From a virus (Duplodnaviria > Caudoviricetes): a stretch of DNA of 34,430 nt. How positions within the stretch are numbered: the stretch's first letter is position 1; the number at the start of each line of letters is the position of its first letter. This document shows, piece after piece, positions 6,994-16,263 of the stretch. A program made the position numbers and the translations under genes. Below the pieces are notes generated by a model. The model was not told the DNA's origin. It was given only the letters and a program-made list of their open reading frames with translations, and searched no databases. The DNA is taken from IMG/VR virus record IMGVR_UViG_3300026484_000296, positions 1 to 34,430 of that record; one strand, written 5' to 3'.

Positions 6994-9534
6994 ATGGAAA
7001 AAATATTATTTACAGTCTTTGAGTCAAGTACAAAATCAAAGACTCCAACTTCTCCATTTGATGATAAAACATTTATTTTTAATAGTATTGAAGTTCCAAT
7101 GGATGAAGTTCCTTTTTTAATAGAAAACTTTTATTATCTAAATAGGGGTTTCAATATTAAAAATAAAAGATTAAAAAGAACTAGAGAAACTCTTGAAAAG
7201 CATCTCGTAGAACCAATTCAATTTATAGTCTTAGATGTAGATAAAGTTTATAATATAGCAGCAAGAGATAAGGTTATTTTAACATTAACTGAAGAGAATA
7301 TTCCATTTGTTCTTTGTAAAAGTAGAAGCTATGATGAAAATACAAATTTCAATATGAAAGGAGTATTCTTTGTTGAGGGTCATAATAATACAAATGGAAT
7401 ATTAGAATTTCTTTATAAGATACAAAGAAAAATAGGAAATGTTGCAGAAATTGATCTTTCGGTTAGTAGAATTGGAGCACTTCAAGCCCCAACTCTTCAA
7501 GAAAATAGTTTGATTTTTCAAACTTTAGATAACCCAAAGCCATATATAAGATATATAGAAAAACAAGAATTTCAAACCATTCATCAAGATAATGAAATTA
7601 CTCAAATTGCAATCGAACAATTAAATCTTTTAGGATTTTCAATAGCTGATGAAAAAGATGATATGTTTATTTTTCAACATCCAAATGAAAAAACTCCTAA
7701 AGGTTACTTTCTTTTTAAGGATTATCCGTTTATTTTAAGACACTTTAATCCAAAGAAAAATATTAGTTTATTCAAAGAACTTATAAAGCACAAGAAAGTT
7801 AAGAAATATTTTGAGGAAATAGATACTCAGAGAAAAATTGAAATTATTGATAAGCCCTATATTGGGAATAAAATAACAGTAAAAGAAAAATTCTTAAAGG
7901 TTGATGGAAAGAAAAACTTTATTAAAAGCTTTTTAAAGGACGAGAACGGAGTTTTACACATTAAGTCTCCAATGGGTAGTGGAAAGTCTAATATCATTGA
8001 TTACATACTAGAGAATACCGATAAGAGGGTATTATTTATCACTAATAGAATAAGTATCGCAAAAGATATAATGGAAAAATATGATGGTTTAAAATTATAT
8101 TCAACTACTGAATGGAATATTGGTGATAATTTAGTTTGTCAATTTGATAGTTTATGGAAATATGATTTAAAAGATTTTGATCTTGTGATTATAGATGAAT
8201 TTATGAGTTTACTTCTTCATACAAGAAATAGTCTAAACAACTTTAATGTTTTAAATAAAATTAAATTCTTTTATTCCTTAAATAAACAATTAGTATTATT
8301 AGATGCCTTTCTTTTTAATTATGAGGATAAATTCTTAGGATCTAGAAATAGATATATTATTGAAAATTCATATAGGGATAGGACAAGCTTAGTTGAATAT
8401 GAGGATATTAATAATTTATTAAGTAAAATTGTAAAGGTATCTGAAAAAGAAACAAAAACTATTACAATTTCTTGTAATACAAAAACATTAGTAAATTCTA
8501 TTAAATTAATGCTTGAAACTAGAGGAAAGAAAGTTATTGTCATTGACTCAGGAACTTCAGATGATGAGAAAGAAATTATTTATTCAACATTTAAAGATGG
8601 AAGCGACTCTTATGATGTATTGATTTATTCGCCATCTTTAACAGTAGGTATAAGTATGGAATTTGAGTCAAACTGGCATTTTCATATTGACGAGGGAAAT
8701 TCTATTGATGTTATCAGTAGTTTACAGATGATGAAGAGAAATAGAAATGCTAAAAATATACATTTTTATATTAAGGAAAAGAAAAAATACTTACAATATG
8801 AAGATAGTGTTTTATTAGCTGAGTTTGAGAGAGATCTTGAAACAAAATTTTTTAATCAAAAAGAAACTGGTTTTTTAATAGATGTTGATATGAATGGTAA
8901 TTTTACACCATCAAGATTTGCTAAATTCCAGATTAAAATTGAAGCTTTATATAATCTTTTAAGTAATAATAATTATACAAGCTTTAAAAAGCTTCTTGAA
9001 TTCCAATTCTTGAATGAACCAAAAATGAATGAAAAATTTGTAGAGTCATTTATTGGAAAATATAAAAAAGAATATAAAGAAAATGAAAAACGAATGATTG
9101 AAATATTAACAACTAAATTCAAAAAGGGAATGGATAACGATAAGAAAATATCTGATATTGAAAGGAACTTTTTATCACTTCAAGATGATGAAATAGAATT
9201 TTTATTAAACGAGAGTGTGAAAACCCCTGATATTATAAAAAAGATTTATAATTTTAAAATATATAATGAAAATAAGATTAAAAATATAGTATCAAAACTT
9301 TCTAATGAAAATATTATTCCAGCAAATGAGAAAGCTAACTTTAGATTTATGTTATTATTAAAAGAAAAAGGATTTTCTTTAAAACCGAGATTTGTAATTA
9401 ACGAATTAAGGGATATGGGGCTTCCTGTTGACAAGATGAAAACATTTCTTTATAGTATAGGTTATAAGTGGCGATATAACTCTTTTATATTTGATCCAGT
9501 ACTAAACACACTGTCATCAAAATTATTACTCTAA
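6994..9534 (+). CDS. SF2 helicase, herpesvirus UL9/origin-binding-protein-like, with possible N-terminal primase-like domain
   Basis: Walker A SPMGSGKS, Walker B IIDEF, YSPSLTVGIS, QMMKRNR; N-terminal IVLDVD motif. Confidence 0.75.
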   Translation: MEKILFTVFESSTKSKTPTSPFDDKTFIFNSIEVPMDEVPFLIENFYYLNRGFNIKNKRLKRTRETLEKHLVEPIQFIVLDVDKVYNIAARDKVILTLTEENIPFVLCKSRSYDENTNFNMKGVFFVEGHNNTNGILEFLYKIQRKIGNVAEIDLSVSRIGALQAPTLQENSLIFQTLDNPKPYIRYIEKQEFQTIHQDNEITQIAIEQLNLLGFSIADEKDDMFIFQHPNEKTPKGYFLFKDYPFILRHFNPKKNISLFKELIKHKKVKKYFEEIDTQRKIEIIDKPYIGNKITVKEKFLKVDGKKNFIKSFLKDENGVLHIKSPMGSGKSNIIDYILENTDKRVLFITNRISIAKDIMEKYDGLKLYSTTEWNIGDNLVCQFDSLWKYDLKDFDLVIIDEFMSLLLHTRNSLNNFNVLNKIKFFYSLNKQLVLLDAFLFNYEDKFLGSRNRYIIENSYRDRTSLVEYEDINNLLSKIVKVSEKETKTITISCNTKTLVNSIKLMLETRGKKVIVIDSGTSDDEKEIIYSTFKDGSDSYDVLIYSPSLTVGISMEFESNWHFHIDEGNSIDVISSLQMMKRNRNAKNIHFYIKEKKKYLQYEDSVLLAEFERDLETKFFNQKETGFLIDVDMNGNFTPSRFAKFQIKIEALYNLLSNNNYTSFKKLLEFQFLNEPKMNEKFVESFIGKYKKEYKENEKRMIEILTTKFKKGMDNDKKISDIERNFLSLQDDEIEFLLNESVKTPDIIKKIYNFKIYNENKIKNIVSKLSNENIIPANEKANFRFMLLLKEKGFSLKPRFVINELRDMGLPVDKMKTFLYSIGYKWRYNSFIFDPVLNTLSSKLLL

Positions 9535-9543
9535 AGGGAAGAT

Positions 9544-9927
9544 ATGGGTGGTTTAAATTGGTACACTTCCTATTACGGGAATTTAAGGAATTTAAAAGGG
9601 TATAAAATAAGCATATCAAGGTTTATACCTTATGGAATTGGTAAAGCTGTTGATTTACAGGACATTCGTTTAGCACCGACTCCTAAAATACTGTCATTAA
9701 CAAGGGATGGATATATTGAGGACTTTAATATACTTTTAGATAAAATAGATATTCTTAAAGTAATTGAAGAATATGAGAATAGGGCTTTAGAAAAAGGACA
9801 GACAAATATATTTCTTCTTTGTTATGAAACTCCAGAAGAATTCTGTCATCGCCACTTAGTTTCTGAACGAATAAAAGAGTTCAGACAAATAGAAGAATAT
9901 AGAAATGAAGCTATAATAGATTTTTAG
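9544..9927 (+). CDS. DUF488-family protein
   Basis: YTSYY, ISISR, LAPT, LLCYE....CHRHLV. Confidence 0.8.
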   Translation: MGGLNWYTSYYGNLRNLKGYKISISRFIPYGIGKAVDLQDIRLAPTPKILSLTRDGYIEDFNILLDKIDILKVIEEYENRALEKGQTNIFLLCYETPEEFCHRHLVSERIKEFRQIEEYRNEAIIDF

Positions 9928-9936
9928 GAGAAAAAA

Positions 9937-10137
9937 ATGGATTATTTTTCGACAACATTTGGGGTGTATTTATTAAGATGGATTTTTTCAGCATTTGTAA
10001 TGATGGTTCCATTATATTTTTTAAATAAGTATAAAGTAACTAATAAGTTTAAGTATAAAGAATATATTGATTTAATAATAGTGCAAATTATTGGAGCATT
10101 CATCTTTTTCAATATTGATAAACTTATTTTTAATTAA
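9937..10137 (+). CDS. Small membrane protein (two predicted TM helices)
   Basis: SD aggag; two hydrophobic segments. Confidence 0.75.
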   Translation: MDYFSTTFGVYLLRWIFSAFVMMVPLYFLNKYKVTNKFKYKEYIDLIIVQIIGAFIFFNIDKLIFN

Positions 10138-10166
10138 GCTTACTTTAAGTAAACTTATAGTATAAT
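10133..10166 (+). promoter_or_regulatory. Early sigma70-type promoter
   Basis: attaag 10133, tttaag 10144, tataat 10161. Confidence 0.75.
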
Positions 10167-10179
10167 AAAGAAAAGGATT

Positions 10180-10521
10180 ATGATTATGGAAACAAAAACA
10201 ATATTATTGGATGAATTATATAAGTATCCAATGGGTACAAAAATTCAGATTGATACTAAAGGAATATTTTATATTATAGGGCTTATTCCTTATGATATTG
10301 AATTATTTGATGGAAAGAGAAAGGTATTATTGAGTGAACTTGTTGAAGATGATTTATCTCAACTAGATACTTTACATATTACTTTTAAACAAATTCCTAC
10401 GAATGATATATTAAGAGATATCCTACAAGTTGAATTAGCTTATCTTATTGAAGATGGGTTTAATGAAAATGAAATAAAAATATTGATTGAAAAAATTAGT
10501 AAAATTAAAGAATTACTTTAG
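10180..10521 (+). CDS. Hypothetical protein
   Basis: 113-aa ORF with SD aagga; ATG 10186 is the better-spaced start. Confidence 0.75.
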   Translation: MIMETKTILLDELYKYPMGTKIQIDTKGIFYIIGLIPYDIELFDGKRKVLLSELVEDDLSQLDTLHITFKQIPTNDILRDILQVELAYLIEDGFNENEIKILIEKISKIKELL

Positions 10522-10543
10522 TTAAAAATATAAAGGTTAAGAT

Positions 10544-10834
10544 TTGAATAAAAAAGATATACATAATATCATATTAAACTCTCCAAATTTTAGGTTATTA
10601 TATTTAATTGAAAAAATCATTAAAGAACCTAAAATTGAGGATATTACATTATTATCATATGAAAATGGTAATCAAGAGTTTGAAATAAAAATAAACATAT
10701 ATGATGAAATTGTTAAATTACATCTCAGTTATTCAGAATTAAGAGGATTGAAGTTTTTTATGAATGGAGAATTCCATTTAATAACTGATATTACACTATT
10801 ATGTTTAATTATAAAAAAGAATAAAGGAAAATAA
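10544..10834 (+). CDS. Hypothetical protein
   Basis: 96-aa ORF, TTG start with SD aagg; stop overlaps next start. Confidence 0.65.
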   Translation: MNKKDIHNIILNSPNFRLLYLIEKIIKEPKIEDITLLSYENGNQEFEIKINIYDEIVKLHLSYSELRGLKFFMNGEFHLITDITLLCLIIKKNKGK

Positions 10835-11556
10835 TGAGTGCTAGAAAAATTCAGCTTATGACTGAAGTAGAACATTGTTTAAAGAGACCAAATATGTATA
10901 TTGGTGCAGTTAAAAATGTGAATGAAGAAAGATTTATTTTTTCTGAAGAAGAAAGTAAATTTATTATTAAAAAGATACAATATGTTCCAGGGCTTGTGAA
11001 GATCTTTGAAGAAATTCTTGATAATTCAGTTGATGCTTTTGTTGATAATAATTTTAAAGGTTCTCCAAAAATAAACATTACTTTAGAAGATGAGTATTTC
11101 AAAATCGAAGATAATGGGGTTGGAATTCCAAATACTACTATTAAAGACCACGATGGGAATATAAAATATTCTTGTGAAATTGCTTGGGGTTCTATGAGAG
11201 CAGGAAGTAATTTTGATGATAGTAAAAGAATTTCAGCAGGAGCAAATGGGGTAGGTAGCTATTTAACTAATATTTTTTCTAAAGAATTTATTGGAATTAA
11301 TAAAAATAGTGGAAAGAAAATAACTTGTAATTGGAAAGATAACTCAAGCAAATTTGAATTAGGAGAAAGTGCTATTAAATCAACTGGTGTTGAAGTTTTA
11401 TCATATCCTGATTTTAGTAGATTTAGTGTTTCAAAGTTTGGTAAAGGTGAAAGAATTGCAATTTTAACAAGGATAAATATGTTAGCATTAACATATCCTG
11501 AAATTAAGTTTTCTTTTAATGGAGTGTTAATAAAACCAAAAGAAATAGGATTTTAA
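10834..11556 (+). CDS. Type IIA topoisomerase, GHKL ATPase domain only (T4 gp39 N-terminal-like)
   Basis: EHCLKRPNMYIG, EEILDNSVD, DNGVGIP, AGSNF, GANGVGS. Confidence 0.92.
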   Translation: MSARKIQLMTEVEHCLKRPNMYIGAVKNVNEERFIFSEEESKFIIKKIQYVPGLVKIFEEILDNSVDAFVDNNFKGSPKINITLEDEYFKIEDNGVGIPNTTIKDHDGNIKYSCEIAWGSMRAGSNFDDSKRISAGANGVGSYLTNIFSKEFIGINKNSGKKITCNWKDNSSKFELGESAIKSTGVEVLSYPDFSRFSVSKFGKGERIAILTRINMLALTYPEIKFSFNGVLIKPKEIGF

Positions 11557-11557
11557 A

Positions 11558-11965
11558 ATGATAAAAGAAGTTTATGAAGCTTTAAAAATAACTTTTAAGA
11601 AGTTAAAATATGTTGGAGTTGAGAATGATATTGAATGGAATATATTTTTCAATAACTCAAAAGATCACAGTATTTTTTCAAGAATGAAAGAAAGAACAAA
11701 TTTAGAATTTAAAGAGATAGAATATAAATTATCGAAAGGTGTTGATTTAATTTTAAAGAAAGTCAAAAAAGGGAAAATTGAAAAACCTCTTCAAATAGCT
11801 TTATTTTTTAAAAAGTCAGACTTTAAAGCAATTTTTAAAGTAGTACCAGAAGAAAAAGCAATAATTCTTCTAACTGTGTTATCAACAGATATGCATACGA
11901 AAGGTACAATTGATTGGAATATGAACGAGTCTTTTGAACAAATTGAAATTGAAATAGATCTTTAA
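11558..11965 (+). CDS. Hypothetical protein between the topoisomerase B-subunit halves
   Basis: 135-aa ORF starting 1 nt after the upstream stop; HSIFSRMKER segment; no HNH, GIY-YIG or LAGLIDADG motif. Confidence 0.75.
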   Translation: MIKEVYEALKITFKKLKYVGVENDIEWNIFFNNSKDHSIFSRMKERTNLEFKEIEYKLSKGVDLILKKVKKGKIEKPLQIALFFKKSDFKAIFKVVPEEKAIILLTVLSTDMHTKGTIDWNMNESFEQIEIEIDL

Positions 11966-11994
11966 GTAGATTTTAAGTGAAATTTAGTTATAAT
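11961..11994 (+). promoter_or_regulatory. Early sigma70-type promoter
   Basis: tttaag 11961 and 11972, tataat 11989. Confidence 0.78.
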
Positions 11995-12020
11995 ATATTT
12001 ATAACAAAAGGAGTTTTATT

Positions 12021-12257
12021 ATGACTAAAGATTTTTTATTTGAAAAAGAACTTTTTAAAAGATTTAATAAAATGTTAGAAAAAAAGCTAACTAAAGAAGA
12101 AGTTGAAATAGATGGTTTGACTATTTTCGCAAGAGGTGATAAAATATCTTTTCAATATGGTAAAGATTGTGAAATATTATTACTAAATGATGAACCATTT
12201 TTAATTAACGAAGATTATAAAATAGAAGAAGAGGTTGAAGAAGAAATCAACCTATAA
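12021..12257 (+). CDS. Hypothetical protein
   Basis: 78-aa ORF with SD aaggag. Confidence 0.75.
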   Translation: MTKDFLFEKELFKRFNKMLEKKLTKEEVEIDGLTIFARGDKISFQYGKDCEILLLNDEPFLINEDYKIEEEVEEEINL

Positions 12258-12266
12258 AGGAAATGA

Positions 12267-13352
12267 ATGAAGATTGGTGAAATAAAAAATGATAATTTTG
12301 AAATAAGAATTGAAGCTAATGAAACTGATGATTTTTCCCAGTTATCAATAGTAAATGGTCTTTATATCAAAAATGGTGGTACTCATATCGAGTATATATT
12401 AGAAAAAGTTATACCACCAATCAGAGAAAAACTTCAAAGACAATTTAAAACTATTAAACCAGCTGATATTAAAAATAAGATGAAAATTATGGTAGTTATC
12501 CGAAAGTTTAGTGCTTTGGAATTTACAAGTCAAGAAAAAGTTGAAGTATCAAATTCTCAGGCAACATTTAGAGAATTCTTTAATGATGTTGATTGGGATA
12601 AAGTTGTAAAGCAATTATTAAAAGATGAAAATCTTATGCTCAGTATTACTGAGTATTTCAGATTGAAAGAACAAGTAAAAGAAAGTGTTGAATTAAAAAA
12701 GCTTGCAACTGCAACAAAAGCTTTAAATATTGATAAATATACAGAACCTACACATTATAAAAAAAGACTTTTTGTTTGCGAGGGTGAGTCTGCTGCTGGA
12801 GGTTTAATTCCTACTTTAGGGAGATATGAAAATGGCTTTTATGAATTAAAGGGAGTACCAACAAATGCTTGGGAACTAAGCCCATCAAAAATAAAAAGTT
12901 CAACTGAATTAAGTGAATTATATACAATACTTAAACAAGAAAACTTTGAAGAAATAGTAATTGCAACTGATGCGGATTTAGATGGGCATCATATTGCTGG
13001 TTTAATAATAGGATTTATTGTAAGGTTTTTACCTGAATATAAAGATAGAATTTATCGTTTTGAAACTCCTATTATTGGGGTTAAAAAAGGAAAGAAACTT
13101 ATTAGATGGGTTTATGACTTAAATGATGAAGTAAAAACATCAACATCTGAAGTGATGAAGTATTATAAGGGGTTTGGGTCTTGGAAAAAAGATGATTTAA
13201 AACTTGTAATAAAAGAAGATGGTTTAGATGAAATGTGTGTTAAAATTGAAATCTCTTCAACTGAAGTTATTGATAATTGGTTACATAAGAAAAAAGTTGA
13301 TGTGAGAAAACATTTAATAAAAGAAAATAGCTTTGATATTAATCAATTATAA
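12267..13352 (+). CDS. Type IIA topoisomerase, transducer + TOPRIM part
   Basis: VNGLYIKNGGTH, FTSQEK, CEGESA, IATDADLDGHHI, YYKGFG. Confidence 0.92.
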   Translation: MKIGEIKNDNFEIRIEANETDDFSQLSIVNGLYIKNGGTHIEYILEKVIPPIREKLQRQFKTIKPADIKNKMKIMVVIRKFSALEFTSQEKVEVSNSQATFREFFNDVDWDKVVKQLLKDENLMLSITEYFRLKEQVKESVELKKLATATKALNIDKYTEPTHYKKRLFVCEGESAAGGLIPTLGRYENGFYELKGVPTNAWELSPSKIKSSTELSELYTILKQENFEEIVIATDADLDGHHIAGLIIGFIVRFLPEYKDRIYRFETPIIGVKKGKKLIRWVYDLNDEVKTSTSEVMKYYKGFGSWKKDDLKLVIKEDGLDEMCVKIEISSTEVIDNWLHKKKVDVRKHLIKENSFDINQL

Positions 13353-13361
13353 GGAATGTAA

Positions 13362-14726
13362 ATGGAATTTTTAGATGAATTTGAAACAACTGATGTGAAA
13401 TCATCAAGAAAGACTAAAGATGTAAAAGACTTCTTTGGTAATGAATATGTAAATTTTGCTTCTTATGATAATTTAAGAAAAATTGCTTCTTATGTTGATG
13501 GGTTGAAGAATTCATCTCGTAAAGTTATTTATACTATTCTTGATAAAAATATAACAAATGAATATAAAGTACAACGATTAACATCGTTAGTGTCTGAACA
13601 TACTGAATTTATACACGGAGAGACAAACTTAGAGGGTGTAATTTGTAATTTGGCACAAAATTTTGTAGGGTCTAATAACCTTAATATTTTATATCCGGAA
13701 GGGAATTTTGGTACACGATTTTCCCCAACTCCATCAGCAAGTAGATATATCTATACTTTTAAAGAAAAAGCTATTGATTTTATTTTTAGGAAAGAAGATT
13801 TTGATATTCTTGAAATACAAAAATTTGAGGGAAGTAATATTGAACCAAAATATTTTATTCCTATTATTCCATTTGTTTTGATAAATGGTTCATTAGGTGT
13901 TTCTCCAGGTTTTGCTCAAAAAATTCTTCCTAGAGATCCTAAAGAAATTGTTTCTATTTTAGAGGATTATTTGAATGGGAAAGAACTTCCTACTAAAATT
14001 CTCCCATTCTATAAAAACTTTAAAGGAACAATATTCAGTGATGATTTAAGTCATAGAGTAAAGGGTGCTTTTGAAAGAAATGGTAGAGGAACAATTATTA
14101 TAACTGAATTACCAGTTGGATATAACTTAAAAACTTATAAGAAAGTCCTAAAAGAACTACTTGAAAAGAAAGTTATTAAAAAATATAAAGATTTATCTGA
14201 AGATGATTGTTTTAGATTTGAAGTGTCAGTTAGCTTAGATTTTATGAAATTAGAAGATGAAAAAATAATTGATAAACTTAAATTATATAAACCATCAACT
14301 GAAAACTTTACGACTATTGATGAAAATCTTAAAATTAGAGTATTTAAAAATGAGATAGAGTTATTAAAAGACTATATTGATATTCGCTTAAAACTTTATA
14401 AAAAGAGAAAAGAATTCAGATTAGTTAGTTTAGAAAAAGAAATAAACTTCTTACAAGATAGGTTAAAATTTATTCAATATAAGATTGATGATAAAATTAT
14501 AATTGATAAAAGAAGTAAAGAAAATGTTGCTAAACAATGTGAAGAATATGGTATTAAGTTTTTTGAAGATCATATGCGATTAAATCTATTTTCATTAACT
14601 GAAGAGAAAATAATTGAGTTAGGAAAGGAATTAGCTAAAGTTGAAAAAGAGTATGATACTTTACAAAAAACAAAAATTGAAACAATTTGGAAAAAAGAGT
14701 TAAGGGAACTTAAAAAATTCCTTTAG
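13362..14726 (+). CDS. Type IIA topoisomerase DNA breakage-reunion subunit (T4 gp52/GyrA-like)
   Basis: DGLKNSSRK, HGE, GNFGTR, SASRYI (catalytic Tyr), ITELPVG. Confidence 0.93.
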   Translation: MEFLDEFETTDVKSSRKTKDVKDFFGNEYVNFASYDNLRKIASYVDGLKNSSRKVIYTILDKNITNEYKVQRLTSLVSEHTEFIHGETNLEGVICNLAQNFVGSNNLNILYPEGNFGTRFSPTPSASRYIYTFKEKAIDFIFRKEDFDILEIQKFEGSNIEPKYFIPIIPFVLINGSLGVSPGFAQKILPRDPKEIVSILEDYLNGKELPTKILPFYKNFKGTIFSDDLSHRVKGAFERNGRGTIIITELPVGYNLKTYKKVLKELLEKKVIKKYKDLSEDDCFRFEVSVSLDFMKLEDEKIIDKLKLYKPSTENFTTIDENLKIRVFKNEIELLKDYIDIRLKLYKKRKEFRLVSLEKEINFLQDRLKFIQYKIDDKIIIDKRSKENVAKQCEEYGIKFFEDHMRLNLFSLTEEKIIELGKELAKVEKEYDTLQKTKIETIWKKELRELKKFL

Positions 14727-14754
14727 GTTCTTTTAAGAAAGATTTAGTTATAAT
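14722..14754 (+). promoter_or_regulatory. Early sigma70-type promoter
   Basis: tttagg 14722, tttaag 14732, tataat 14749. Confidence 0.72.
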
Positions 14755-14770
14755 AGAAAAAGGATAAAAT

Positions 14771-15124
14771 ATGGAAATGAAAGAAAAAATTTTACAAAGA
14801 GTTAAACAAAAATGTATAAAAGCTTCAAGTAAAGATATAAAATTAATTGATAGTTTTTTAGCATCAGAAATTATTACAGTTAATGGGACTTTTATAGGAA
14901 TACCTGAAGAGTCAGGGGTATCTGAACTTTATTTTATTATTAATATTCAAACTGGTAAAAAATATGCAATTATGACTGATAAAATTATTGCAATTACAGA
15001 CTATAAAGTTGAAACATATAAAATTGGAAGTGCAATAAAGTCATATTTACTTCCAGATGAATATCAAATAACATTTACTTGTAAAGAGAGTGAAGTTGAT
15101 GAAAGAGGAATAATTAAGTTATGA
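14771..15124 (+). CDS. Hypothetical protein
   Basis: 117-aa ORF with SD aagga. Confidence 0.75.
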   Translation: MEMKEKILQRVKQKCIKASSKDIKLIDSFLASEIITVNGTFIGIPEESGVSELYFIINIQTGKKYAIMTDKIIAITDYKVETYKIGSAIKSYLLPDEYQITFTCKESEVDERGIIKL

Positions 15125-15618
15125 AAAAAGAAGAACTTTTTAATTATATAAAAGAAAATTATATTATTGTTGAAGAATTTAAAGATATTATAATTTTCAA
15201 ATATAAAGATGAAGTTCAAAAACTTTATATTTTCGAACTTAAAGCTTTTATAAATGGAAGAGAGTTTAAATTACTCCAACCAGAAAAAGAAATTAAAAAA
15301 CTAATACAAAGGGCAGTCTCTCGTTCAATTAGTATTAAAAAATCTAAAACATTTACAATATATGAAAAAACTAAAGATATTTTTAAAGATGCAAATATTG
15401 AATTTTATTTTTCTCAAGGGTTTTTAATTTTTTATCTGCAAGACATAGAAATAAAATTTAATTACTCTGGAAAGTTTTCTATTCCTATTCAAAAGACAGT
15501 TTTAAATGAAGAAGAAAATGAAAATGTTCTTGAAAAGATAAAGTTAATAAAAGAAACTTTAAAACCTTATTTTGATAACCAACTACAACAAGTAAAATCT
15601 CTTGCACCCTTACCATAG
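15121..15618 (+). CDS. Hypothetical protein
   Basis: 165-aa ORF, ATGA overlap with upstream gene. Confidence 0.75.
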   Translation: MKKEELFNYIKENYIIVEEFKDIIIFKYKDEVQKLYIFELKAFINGREFKLLQPEKEIKKLIQRAVSRSISIKKSKTFTIYEKTKDIFKDANIEFYFSQGFLIFYLQDIEIKFNYSGKFSIPIQKTVLNEEENENVLEKIKLIKETLKPYFDNQLQQVKSLAPLP

Positions 15619-15627
15619 TTAATCAAC

Positions 15628-15635
15628 TATAAATA
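15628..15635 (+). promoter_or_regulatory. T4-type late promoter TATAAATA at the start of the virion module
   Basis: Exact tataaata; same or one-mismatch motif at 18112, 23684, 23843, 27457 and 29781, all intergenic before structural genes. Confidence 0.6.
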
Positions 15636-15667
15636 TTATAACTTAAAGACAACTTAAAGGATATAAT

Positions 15668-16261
15668 ATGCAAGATGCAATAATTATTGCTGATGTTATG
15701 GATGATGACGAACCATCAGTTTTGATGGAAAAACAATCATCAGATCATTTCAGTCAAGCAAATGAATTTACACAAACCTTAGAACAATCAAATGAAGATC
15801 TTCTAAAACATAATAAAATACCTGATAGAAGCATAGCAAAAATAATTTCAAATACTGAAATTTCTATTGACCTTGCACTAGCAGCACAAGCAAAACAACT
15901 TTCTCATAAAATGCTGAAATTAGAGAGATTTCTTTCAAAAATTGAAGATGAATTATTCTCAGATACAACCATAGCTGAACTTGATAAATCAGATTTAATG
16001 GCATTATATACAAATACTAGACTAATGAAGACAGACTCATTTAGAATGCTTAAAGATATTAAAAAAGATATTGATTTTGATAATCTTGAAGTTAGTATTA
16101 TGGCATTAAATGCTAAAGGTGATATGAATGCAGCTGACCAAGATAGTGATGTTGGGGATGTATTAGATAAACTTATGAAAAATGAGGGCTTCCTTGATTT
16201 AGCTATTAATGCTCAATTAAATGAAGTTGATGAAGAACCAAAAGAGGTTAAAAAGGATTAA
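15668..16261 (+). CDS. Putative terminase small subunit
   Basis: Helical 197-aa ORF directly before TerL; positional inference only. Confidence 0.5.
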   Translation: MQDAIIIADVMDDDEPSVLMEKQSSDHFSQANEFTQTLEQSNEDLLKHNKIPDRSIAKIISNTEISIDLALAAQAKQLSHKMLKLERFLSKIEDELFSDTTIAELDKSDLMALYTNTRLMKTDSFRMLKDIKKDIDFDNLEVSIMALNAKGDMNAADQDSDVGDVLDKLMKNEGFLDLAINAQLNEVDEEPKEVKKD

Positions 16262-16263
16262 GT

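Noticed and set aside
11557-12266. Intron, intein or T4 gene 60-type ribosomal bypass joining the topoisomerase halves
   Set aside because: The gap is 710 nt filled by two ORFs and a promoter, the second half has its own SD and ATG, and I see no intron core or homing-endonuclease motif
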